From: Gammaproteobacteria bacterium
Lineage (GTDB): Bacteria; Pseudomonadota; Gammaproteobacteria; JBCCGL01
Direction: 5' to 3'
DNA length: 64,000 nt
NCBI GenBank assembly: GCA_965277715.1
Contig: OZ255836.1
Location: 3,584,001 to 3,648,000, forward strand
The notes below the pieces were generated by a model. It worked only from the letters and a program-made list of their open reading frames with translations, was not told where the DNA came from and ran no database searches. How positions within the stretch are numbered: position 1 is the stretch's first letter; each line of letters opens with the position of its first letter. Shown in pieces: positions 31,841-40,560 of this stretch. The translations under genes were made by a program, and so were the position numbers.

Positions 31841-32718
31841 AAAACCTGTCACCCCACGCGAAAGGTGTCATTGTTACCGGCCTTGGCGTATTAGTTGTAT
31901 CCCCTGATGGTCTGCTTGCGCGGCTAATTCAGACCGATTTATGGACGATGATTTTCTGGCGGGCGCTGTTTCTGGGTATTGGTCTGGCGGTTGTTGTTGC
32001 GGTTTTGTTTCGCGGTGAATTTCTGGCCCGTTACCGGGCGATTGGCTGGCCGGGTCTGTGGATGGCGTTATCACATGTTATTGGCATGACGGCATTTATG
32101 ACGGCAGTGACAACCACCTCGGTTGCCAACACCCTATTAATATTGGCTACTACGCCACTATTTGCCGCATTGATTAGCTGGGTGGCGATGCGCGAAGCCA
32201 TGCCACTGCGCACCTGGCTGGCGATTGGTTTGGTTGCTATTGGCATTGCTGTTATCAGCTCCGGTGGCGATGTCAATAATGCATCGTTAACGGGTGACCT
32301 GGCGGCATTGTTGGGCGCTTTTATGCTGGGGCTTGGCTTTACGATAACCCGTCGTTACCGTGATCGCTCAATGATACCGGCGCTATCCCTGGGTGGATTT
32401 TTTTCAGCACTCATCATTTTTCCTCTGGCAACTCCCGTTGCCGTGTCGGTAGTGGATGTGGGTTATCTACTGTTGATGGGGTTGTTTATGCTGCCTTTGG
32501 GCATGACTATGATGTATTTTGGTCCGCGCTATGTTCCCGCCGCTGAAGTGGGGTTGATGATGTTATTGGAATCTGTCGTTGGCCCATTTTGGGTGTGGTG
32601 GGCGTTGGGTGAGAACCCAGGGGTGCGCACCTTTATTGGGGGAGGGATTATTTTGTCTGCACTGGTGGTTAATTTGTTGTGGGCGTTAAATGTGCAGCGT
32701 CGGCTCTCAGTCGGATGA
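31837..32718 (+). CDS. EamA/DMT-family transporter
   Basis: About 10 TM segments, two-repeat DMT pattern, GPRYVPAAEVGL, LGENP. Confidence 0.88.
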   Translation: MKNLSPHAKGVIVTGLGVLVVSPDGLLARLIQTDLWTMIFWRALFLGIGLAVVVAVLFRGEFLARYRAIGWPGLWMALSHVIGMTAFMTAVTTTSVANTLLILATTPLFAALISWVAMREAMPLRTWLAIGLVAIGIAVISSGGDVNNASLTGDLAALLGAFMLGLGFTITRRYRDRSMIPALSLGGFFSALIIFPLATPVAVSVVDVGYLLLMGLFMLPLGMTMMYFGPRYVPAAEVGLMMLLESVVGPFWVWWALGENPGVRTFIGGGIILSALVVNLLWALNVQRRLSVG

Positions 32719-33414
32719 CGTGTCGACCAGGCGCTTGATATTATCGGCAACGCGCAGCGATTTGGAGCGAAATTCCCGACGGTATAACACCCATAACACC
32801 ATGCAGGTAGCGATAACAAAAAACCAGGCGTTAATCGACCAGCCGAGAATGGCCAGGGCGAAAAAATTGGCGCGCAAACCCTGGTTGAAATGCTGGGCAA
32901 ACAGGGCGGTTATTTTACCCAACTCAACGGCGTACGCTTCACTGATGTCATCGTGCTCAAAGGGCGCTGCATTGAATAATACCGAGCTGTAGTTAGCCAG
33001 GCGCACCGCCCAGATAAATTTGACGAAGGCATAAATAAAAACGCAGATAAGTGACACCACTTTTAACTCCCACAAACCTTGCGTCGGTACGTTGACAAAG
33101 GGCAGCGAGCTAATGGCATTCAATGCTTTTTCAGAACCGCCCAGCCCCGCTACCAGCCCACCGATGACTAATATGGCAGTAGAGGCGAAAAACACCGCGC
33201 TGTGGACAAAATTGCCCATGACCAGCGCATCTGGCATACGCAGTTCGCGTTTGAGCAGTTCGCGCATCCAGCGGCGACGGTGAAAATCCATTACCTTTGG
33301 CAAGCTGTTCACCGACCACCGACTAAAATCGGCAAACCAGGTGTAGGCAGCCCACAGGGTGACAAACAGTATCAGGGCAATCCAGTCCAGCAGGGGAATA
33401 TTGTGTAACATCAT
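32707..33414 (-). CDS. DUF599-family membrane protein
   Basis: RRRWM, FFASTAIL, FNQGLRANFFAL, LYRREFRS. ATGA overlap with the upstream gene at 33411-33414. Confidence 0.8.
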   Translation of the reverse strand: MMLHNIPLLDWIALILFVTLWAAYTWFADFSRWSVNSLPKVMDFHRRRWMRELLKRELRMPDALVMGNFVHSAVFFASTAILVIGGLVAGLGGSEKALNAISSLPFVNVPTQGLWELKVVSLICVFIYAFVKFIWAVRLANYSSVLFNAAPFEHDDISEAYAVELGKITALFAQHFNQGLRANFFALAILGWSINAWFFVIATCMVLWVLYRREFRSKSLRVADNIKRLVDTSSD

Positions 33415-34310
33415 GCCTGTGTTTTCCTTGTGCGTTTGCGCACAATAATAAACAACCCGCTGGCGGCAATGGTTAAGGCGCCGAGCCAAGTGGTTGTCAC
33501 GGGGACTTCACCCCATATCAGGTAGCCGATTACGGCGGCAAATATCAGTATTAAGTACTCAAAGGGTGCCAGCAGGCTGGCCTCAGCGTAGCGGTGCGCG
33601 TGGGTAAGTGACCACTGTTGCAGACCGGCGATAATGCCAAAGGCAAGTAGCAGCCCGATATCGCTCCCTTGTGGTGTCACCCAACCAATGGCGAGTGCCC
33701 AGCCGGTGTAAAACAGGGTGCCGGTCGCGTTATAGTAAAAGCCAATGGTCATGGTTTTTTCGGTTTTGCTGAGCCGCCGCAGGCTGATAGATACCAGCGC
33801 ACCGGTAATCCCTGCACCGATGCCCGCCAGCGTGCCCAGGCTCATGCCCGCACCACCGGGCTGAGCGATCAGGAGCACGCCAATAAAGCCAACAATGACA
33901 GCACTCCAGCGCCGCAGGCCAATCTTCTCGCCCAATAATGGAATCGAAAACACCACGATAAATAGCGGGGCGGAATAGGCCAGTGCTGTGGCATCGGCCA
34001 TTGGAATGGTCGCCAACGCCAGATACAGCAAGCCCAAGCTGGTAATTCCCGAGGCGGTACGCGCTGCATGTTCCAGAGGGCGATGGGTGATTAACCCGGC
34101 CAGGCCACCCACCGAGGGCAGTGTGATGCTAAAAGCCAGCGCGGCGGCGATGAAACGAAAAGAGAGTATTTCAGGGAGTGGATAAGTGTCTGACAGTGAT
34201 TTAACCATTGCGCCGAGTATCGACATCAGTGCAAGGTTAGTGATGAATAAACCGGTGCCAAACCAGGGGCGGTCATGCCATTGGGCACTGTGGGCAGTAA
34301 AAGATGACAT
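33411..34310 (-). CDS. EamA/DMT-family transporter
   Basis: ATALAYSAPLF, LGEKIGLRRW, AEASLLAPFEY, WGEVP. Confidence 0.9.
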   Translation of the reverse strand: MSSFTAHSAQWHDRPWFGTGLFITNLALMSILGAMVKSLSDTYPLPEILSFRFIAAALAFSITLPSVGGLAGLITHRPLEHAARTASGITSLGLLYLALATIPMADATALAYSAPLFIVVFSIPLLGEKIGLRRWSAVIVGFIGVLLIAQPGGAGMSLGTLAGIGAGITGALVSISLRRLSKTEKTMTIGFYYNATGTLFYTGWALAIGWVTPQGSDIGLLLAFGIIAGLQQWSLTHAHRYAEASLLAPFEYLILIFAAVIGYLIWGEVPVTTTWLGALTIAASGLFIIVRKRTRKTQA

Positions 34311-34414
34311 GGGGGGGTTAAGGGTGCCAGGGGTTAGTCAATAAACGGGTGCTAGTGTCGCATAAAACCAACGGTTAATCGTGAGAAATACCGCATTTTC
34401 CAGGATAATAGGGT

Positions 34415-35230
34415 GTGCCTTCTGTCTCCGTCATTATTCCTACTTATAACCGCTGCGCGCTGTTGGCGCGTGCGCTGGATTCTGTGCTGGCGCAAACCCG
34501 TTGTGCGGATGAGGTGATTGTGGTGGATGATGGCTCGCAGGATGGCACGGCGGATTTTGTGCGCCACGCGTACCCACAGGTCCACCTGCTTGTGCAGCGC
34601 AATGCCGGTGTCAGTGCTGCACGCAATCGCGGTATTACCTGTGCCACAGGTGAATGGATTGCATTGCTCGATTCAGATGATGTGTGGCTGCCGACAAAAC
34701 TGGCGATGCAATTACAGGCACTTACTCAGCAGCCTGGTTTTCGTCTGGTGCATTGTGATGAGGTCTGGATCCGTAAGGGTGTGCGGGTTAATCCAATGAA
34801 GAAACACAAAAAACGGGGTGGGTTTATTTTTCAGTACTGTTTGCCATTGTGTTGTGTTTCGCCTTCGTCGGTATTAATTGAGCGTAGTGTGTTTGAGACA
34901 CTCGGTAATTTTGATGAGTCGCTGCCCGCTTGTGAGGATTATGACTTATGGTTGCGGATATGTGCGCGGGAGCCAGTGTTATATCTCGATCAACCTCTGC
35001 TGCAAAAGTATGGAGGGCATTCTGATCAACTTTCCCAACAGTATTGGGGGATGGATCGTTTTCGGATACAGGCTTTGCAGAAAATACTGGCTATGGGTGT
35101 TTTGTCTGAACAGGATCGTGTGGCGGCAAAAGCTATGCTGGTGAAAAAGGCAGCTATTTTTGCTCGGGGGGCGGAGAAGCATGGGCGGGAGGAGCTTGCC
35201 CGCTACTATTGGGATCTTTCAATTGGGTGA
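34415..35230 (+). CDS. Glycosyltransferase family 2
   Basis: VSVIIPTYNR, VVDDGS, GVSAARN, LDSDD, EDYDLWLR. Confidence 0.92.
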   Translation: MPSVSVIIPTYNRCALLARALDSVLAQTRCADEVIVVDDGSQDGTADFVRHAYPQVHLLVQRNAGVSAARNRGITCATGEWIALLDSDDVWLPTKLAMQLQALTQQPGFRLVHCDEVWIRKGVRVNPMKKHKKRGGFIFQYCLPLCCVSPSSVLIERSVFETLGNFDESLPACEDYDLWLRICAREPVLYLDQPLLQKYGGHSDQLSQQYWGMDRFRIQALQKILAMGVLSEQDRVAAKAMLVKKAAIFARGAEKHGREELARYYWDLSIG

Positions 35231-35503
35231 TTTTTAGGGAGTGTTTTGAGGTTTCACTCGCGATGTTTTGGTGTGTTTCTTTGCTCTTTACAGGCGAAGC
35301 TACCGCTCCCCGGCAGCAGCTCCTGCGCTGCTAAACACGGTAGTGCGCCAACTGTTTCTGTGAAAAGCAGATTGACGCTGATTGCTTATGCATGAAATTG
35401 TGCATTTGATGCATTGCCTTCTTACCCAATACACCGTCGATTTTTAGTTAATAGGCAATAAACTAACTTCGATTCAAAGTTAGGGGAATATTAGGTTTAC
35501 GGG

Positions 35504-36820
35504 TTAATTTGGATTTAACCCAATAGTATTCATAAATCCACTGAACAGGGTAGGGGGGGCTGTGCTGGTCGGCAGTGCGAGCACTTGCTCGCACAGTGTT
35601 TGGGATGCCGCTTTACTTAAGCCGCCATACTGCATCAGGTGGGTGGCTTTGTCACACATTTCGGTATTACTCAAGGCCAGTTCAGGGTCACCTTTGCAGT
35701 CTTTTCGGATGGTCGAAAAGGTTTCCCCTGTGTGTGTGGTGACGCTGACACCACCCCCCCATGACAATGGGTAGCGCGATGCAAATGGATCGGTGATATG
35801 CAGTGTCGTCGCGTTGCGCAGTTCATGGGTGCGTTCGCGTGCCGACTGGTTAAAGGAATCCAGGGTCACTTCGCCTTCCTGAAGCGCGATAGCGACGCAG
35901 TGATAAAGGGAGAACTTTGCCTGGTATTCGTTTTCTGGTTCGCGTCGGTCGCATACATCCAGTGCTGCCTGGTAGGTGTCGATAGCCACTGTTTTAATGC
36001 GCATTTCCTTTAATTGGTTGTGTAAGGCCAATGCACAGTCGATGCTTGGGTGAGTGTGACGACACGATGGCCAGGGTTTGATTGAGGTGAGGGGCAGTTG
36101 CCAGGGGTCTTCCGGTGCCATTAATACGGCAGCGGGAATAGGGTCTGGGCACATGCCGACAAACAGGCCCTTTTCACCTTCGAGTATTTCGGGTGAGCCG
36201 GTGAAGCCGTGAGCTGCGAGCTCTGCTGCCAATAGGCCGGATTCGCAGGCACGCCCGGCGTGCAGGTGCTTGCTCATTGCACCGGTTTGCATAAATTGCC
36301 AAAACCCGGATGACTGGGTGCCCGCATTGCCGAGGGCGTCGACAGTCTGTTGTGGATCGAGATCCAGGAGTGTCGCCGCCGCCATCGCCGAGCCAAACGG
36401 GCCACTGGTAGCGGTGTTGTGCCATATCTTATAGTGGCTGGGACCGAGCGCGGCGCCGATACGGCACATTGCCTCAAAACCATGCAGAATAGCGCGCAAT
36501 ACTTTGGTGGCGTCTGCGCCGGTTTTTTCACCGAGCGACAATGCGGCGGGTATGACGACACAGCCAGGATGAGTGACTGAGGCGCGGTGTAAATCGTCGG
36601 TTTCGGTGATATGGGTAAGCGCGCCCATGAGCAGTGCTCGGCGTTTGGTGTCGGTATCACCTGCACCAGCCCAGTCGATGAGTGTTTTTCCTGTCGGGGT
36701 TGCGCTGCCCGCGTAGGCCGTGGCAACGGCATCCAGGGTAAACAGTGCCGCTGCGTTGAGGTCGGCGGCGTCGATGGGTTTATTGCGAATCAGTTCGATT
36801 AGTTTTTTTGTCAGGCTCAT
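35504..36820 (-). CDS. MmgE/PrpD-family protein
   Basis: ETDDLH, HPGCVVIP, WHNTAT, KHLHAG, KPWPSCRHTH, KFS. Confidence 0.9.
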   Translation of the reverse strand: MSLTKKLIELIRNKPIDAADLNAAALFTLDAVATAYAGSATPTGKTLIDWAGAGDTDTKRRALLMGALTHITETDDLHRASVTHPGCVVIPAALSLGEKTGADATKVLRAILHGFEAMCRIGAALGPSHYKIWHNTATSGPFGSAMAAATLLDLDPQQTVDALGNAGTQSSGFWQFMQTGAMSKHLHAGRACESGLLAAELAAHGFTGSPEILEGEKGLFVGMCPDPIPAAVLMAPEDPWQLPLTSIKPWPSCRHTHPSIDCALALHNQLKEMRIKTVAIDTYQAALDVCDRREPENEYQAKFSLYHCVAIALQEGEVTLDSFNQSARERTHELRNATTLHITDPFASRYPLSWGGGVSVTTHTGETFSTIRKDCKGDPELALSNTEMCDKATHLMQYGGLSKAASQTLCEQVLALPTSTAPPTLFSGFMNTIGLNPN

Positions 36821-36842
36821 GCGAGCTGTTTCCTGAATAACG

Positions 36843-36870
36843 ACAAGCCCTCCGTAAATAGAGGGCTTGT
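36843..36870 (-). terminator. Hairpin between tmm and the prpD-like gene
   Basis: acaagccctc-N8-gagggcttgt, perfect 10 bp stem; weak U-tract. Confidence 0.55.
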
Positions 36871-36893
36871 GCCTGTCACAACACTACCGGTTC

Positions 36894-38237
36894 TTATTGG
36901 CTTTGCAGGTAGCTTTCAAGTGAATCGTCCAGCGCATCCTTCCACGGTGTGTGGTGTGCGGGTGCCATTGTGCCCGTCATCGGTGAAACATAACCGTTGT
37001 CACGGAATGTCATGATGTTTTGTTTTTTGTGTTTCTTCCATTGAAAAAAGGCGGCATTGGCAGCGTTTATATCAAAGCTGGGGTAGTCGGTTTGCTCTAT
37101 TAGATGGCGTGTGTAGTTACCCTGGTATTCAATAGCGCCGTAATCGTCCGCTATATTGTCTTCCTGTTCGCGCCAGCGGTCGATATCGGCGAGCATTTGA
37201 TCTTTACTGGGTACACTGAGGCGGCCCATGATGAGGTCGCGTACATACCAGGCTTGTGCATCAAACATATTGAAGGTGTACCACTGATCCTGCATGCCGA
37301 GGTACATTAGTTTCGGGTTATCCGCCCAGGCCACGCCGTTGTAGAGGTCTACCGGGTATAAACGATTATTGGTTTTGAGCCTGAGGCTGTCTGGCATAAA
37401 CGGAAAGTGGTGCAAATAACCGGTGCACAGGAGAATAGCATCGACATCTTTTTGAGTGCCATCAATAAAGGTTGCGGTATTCTTTTCAATCTTTTGTAAC
37501 AGTGGTACTTCTTGCCAGTTATCTGGCCAGTCGTAGCCCATAGGTGCGGTGCGGTGTGAAACAGTGACGGATTTGCAGCCGTATTTCCAGCACTGTGAAC
37601 CGATATCTTCCGCCGAATAAGATGTGCCGATAATCAGGATATTTTTGTCTTTGAACTCCATCGCATCACGGAAATCGTGTGCATGCAAAACGCGGCCATT
37701 AAAATGCTCAAAACCTTCAAAATAGGGCACATTAGGCGTTGAGAAGTGGCCGGTGGCGACCACTACATTGTCAAATTGTTCGGTGTAGCAGGTATCCTGT
37801 TGGTGATCTTTCACCGTAACCGAGAATTGACCGTTAGTCTCGTCGTAAATCACCTGTCGTATTGCCGAGTTGAAGCGGATCATCGAACGCACCCCTGCCT
37901 TTTCGACCCGGCCTTTGATGTAATCGAACAACACAGCACGCGGAGGATAAGAGGCGATAGGTCGGCCAAAGTGTTCTTCAAATGTGTAATCGGCAAACTC
38001 CAACCCTTCTTTTGGCCCGTTTGACCACAGATAACGGTACATGCTGCCATGTACCGGCTCGCCGTATTGGTCTAACCCGGTGCGCCAGGTGTAGTTCCAT
38101 AAACCGCCCCAATCACTCTGTTTTTCAAAGCAGACAACTTCCGGTATGTCAGCCCCTTTGTCACGGGCTGACTGGAATGCTCTGAGTTGTGCCAGGCCAC
38201 TGGGACCAGCACCGATGATTGCAACACGTTTTGACAT
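36894..38237 (-). CDS. tmm: Flavin-containing monooxygenase, trimethylamine monooxygenase type
   Basis: [34 protein letters not shown] fingerprint [21 protein letters not shown]. Confidence 0.88.
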   Translation of the reverse strand: MSKRVAIIGAGPSGLAQLRAFQSARDKGADIPEVVCFEKQSDWGGLWNYTWRTGLDQYGEPVHGSMYRYLWSNGPKEGLEFADYTFEEHFGRPIASYPPRAVLFDYIKGRVEKAGVRSMIRFNSAIRQVIYDETNGQFSVTVKDHQQDTCYTEQFDNVVVATGHFSTPNVPYFEGFEHFNGRVLHAHDFRDAMEFKDKNILIIGTSYSAEDIGSQCWKYGCKSVTVSHRTAPMGYDWPDNWQEVPLLQKIEKNTATFIDGTQKDVDAILLCTGYLHHFPFMPDSLRLKTNNRLYPVDLYNGVAWADNPKLMYLGMQDQWYTFNMFDAQAWYVRDLIMGRLSVPSKDQMLADIDRWREQEDNIADDYGAIEYQGNYTRHLIEQTDYPSFDINAANAAFFQWKKHKKQNIMTFRDNGYVSPMTGTMAPAHHTPWKDALDDSLESYLQSQ

Positions 38238-38394
38238 TTGGCTAACTCCTGAGAGGTATTTATTGGTTGGAATTGTGTATCTATTCTGACGTTACGGATT
38301 GCTTGGTGGCGTGTCAAGTAGTAGTGATATGATGTGATAACGGTATAGGTGCTGTGTTTGGTTGGCCTGGTTATTACGATAGGGGTGAAAAATC

Positions 38395-38595
38395 ATGAGA
38401 AAACAAACTGCGGTTACTGCTCGCTGTGCGCTTAGCTCGAAATACGGACTCAGTGATGAGGAGACCTATCTAATGGTGATGCTACACAAATACAAACGTA
38501 TGAGCTGTCAGCAATTAGCTAAGCGGTTTGCTATCACCTCCGGGCAGGCTGCCGACATTATTGCCCGCCGGGCAATAGGGGGGTGTTGTGGTTAA
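38395..38595 (+). CDS. Small hypothetical protein, possible helix-turn-helix
   Basis: 66 aa ORF with AGGGG upstream; MSCQQLAKRFAITSGQAADII is HTH-like; fills the gap between flanking genes. Confidence 0.45.
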   Translation: MRKQTAVTARCALSSKYGLSDEETYLMVMLHKYKRMSCQQLAKRFAITSGQAADIIARRAIGGCCG

Positions 38596-38675
38596 GTTTA
38601 AGGAAGCGTTTCAGGCGCTGTGCGTCGGTCTATATATTGGGCAATAAAGAGGGTCGGGAAAAAGGTTGGGGTGTA

Positions 38676-39560
38676 TTAATGCGCTTTTTTCATTGGGTCG
38701 CCTTTTGTCATATCGCGGTCGCCAAAACCACTTGGAAATGATATGGCCCGTTCCAGTGCGGCTATAGCATCGATATTGAAATCTTCTGTTGGTCGCGGTT
38801 CCAGCTCAAAACTCTCACCCCGGTACTCGCCTCGAACCAACATCGCAGAATCTTTTGCCGATTTACAAAACGTCCCGGCAGATATGTACCGCATGACAAA
38901 ACCAATACGGTCATGGTCAGATGGGTTAGGGCCACCGCCGTGTAGAAGCTCGATATGGTGGATGGAAAATTCACCCGGTTGTAACTCGACATCTTTTGCC
39001 AGTGATTCATCCACCGCTTTGTCCATTATATGGTCGTAGAAAAATAAATTACCTTCAGATGATTTGCGCTCCCCCACGGCGATACCCTTATGGGGATCAC
39101 CTTCATAATTAAGCCTCCCGAGTGCGCCGGATCGGTGTGTGCCGGGTATTACCCGCATCGCTCCGTTGGCGACAGTTGCCGGGGTGATGGCAAACCACAC
39201 ACTGACGACGTTGGTGGTGGAGAGATTCCAGTAGGGTGTGTCCTGGTGCCACGGAATCCACGTGCCCATACCTGCACCCTTGACGGCAAAATCACTCGAC
39301 CAAAGCAGAATGTCCGGGCCAATCACCGCCTCGACAGCATTGAGGATAACAGGGTTGTGCACAATGCTGTCCAGCCAGGTGGATACCAGGTGGGGTTTTA
39401 AATGACACTCCCGCCCTCTCGCTTTGGAAACTGCTGTCTGAAAGTGTCGGTAGCGTTTTTCCAGGTGTAATGCGTCTGGCTGTGCGAGCGCGGCAATGGG
39501 CCAGTCGATGCCGTCACGGTTAAATAGGTCGATATCTATTGTTGAGGGAGTGGTTGTCAT
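38676..39560 (-). CDS. PhyH-family Fe(II)/2-oxoglutarate dioxygenase
   Basis: PWHQD (HxD), NGAMRVIPGTH, LLHGGGPN..DRIG. Confidence 0.88.
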   Translation of the reverse strand: MTTTPSTIDIDLFNRDGIDWPIAALAQPDALHLEKRYRHFQTAVSKARGRECHLKPHLVSTWLDSIVHNPVILNAVEAVIGPDILLWSSDFAVKGAGMGTWIPWHQDTPYWNLSTTNVVSVWFAITPATVANGAMRVIPGTHRSGALGRLNYEGDPHKGIAVGERKSSEGNLFFYDHIMDKAVDESLAKDVELQPGEFSIHHIELLHGGGPNPSDHDRIGFVMRYISAGTFCKSAKDSAMLVRGEYRGESFELEPRPTEDFNIDAIAALERAISFPSGFGDRDMTKGDPMKKAH

Positions 39561-39572
39561 GGCATGAGACGC

Positions 39573-40049
39573 TTAGTGCTTAACCGATTGTTCCACCGGC
39601 ATTTGATAGGTCACCCAATGGGTTTTTTCTGCGAGTTTATCGTATACCGCCCGGCCCCGGTAATTATTGTCTGCCGTTATCCAACGGATAAGCGGCCAAC
39701 CGTTATCGCGACCAACCTGCTGCAAACTTTCATACAAGGCCTCTACAACGCCTTGTCCTCTCGCGCTGGGCAATACGAATAAATCATCGAGAAACCCGAC
39801 CAGCGCACCGCGCAGTGGCGATGGCATTTGTCGGCAATGCATCAAACCGAGGGCCTGACCATTTTCATCCTTCGCCAGTAGCCCGTAAAAAGGGTTGCCA
39901 TCGTCTTGAATCCATGCCCAGACTGTTTGCAGAATGTCATCATTCATGGGCACTTTATAAAACTGTGCATAGCCGTGATAAAGCGTTTCCCAGTCAGCCC
40001 GATCCGCTTCTGTCGGTGTTGATACAGTAATCATCGTATTAAGCCTCAT
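39573..40049 (-). CDS. GNAT acetyltransferase
   Basis: LDDLFVLPSARGQG, WITADNNYRGRAVYDK. Confidence 0.88.
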   Translation of the reverse strand: MRLNTMITVSTPTEADRADWETLYHGYAQFYKVPMNDDILQTVWAWIQDDGNPFYGLLAKDENGQALGLMHCRQMPSPLRGALVGFLDDLFVLPSARGQGVVEALYESLQQVGRDNGWPLIRWITADNNYRGRAVYDKLAEKTHWVTYQMPVEQSVKH

Positions 40050-40178
40050 TAATTAGTGTGGAATCTTATTTTGGTTTTCAAAAAAAACCTAACTAATTTT
40101 TAGGTAAAAAGACACAATGCGCTAAATATGTTTTTTTCTCTGCGCAGAGTACATGATGTCAGGTAATGGGATTTGATG

Positions 40179-40313
40179 ATGAATATAGCCATTCTTACTT
40201 CTGAAGGGCTTAACGAGCTCGATTCGTTTACCGCGTTGGGCATATTGAACCGTATGAAAAGCGCAGGCTGGAAGGTGCAAATAACCTGCCCCAGTGACAT
40301 CAAGGTGAGCTAA
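40179..40313 (+). pseudogene. N-terminal fragment of a DJ-1/PfpI-family protein
   Basis: MNIAILTSEGLNELDSFTALGILNRMKSAGWKVQITCP..., stops after 44 aa; not in the ORF track. Confidence 0.65.
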
Positions 40314-40560
40314 CGTCTACTCTTTTTCTATGTGGGCAGCGTAGGGTGTGATGGAGCGTACACAAAATAATGTCCACTTTTACAATGTTATTTAAATAAT
40401 GCGCTATGTGTTAATAACATACTCAGCCAATTCAGCCATAAGGTAAATCGATACATTTGCAAACCCTGGAAGTTATTTCGTGCACGTTCCTTACCTGAGC
40501 AGAGTCATTTCGCCCGTGAACAGTGATTGAGAATACCCCCTGAATCGACAGGCTCCTCTT

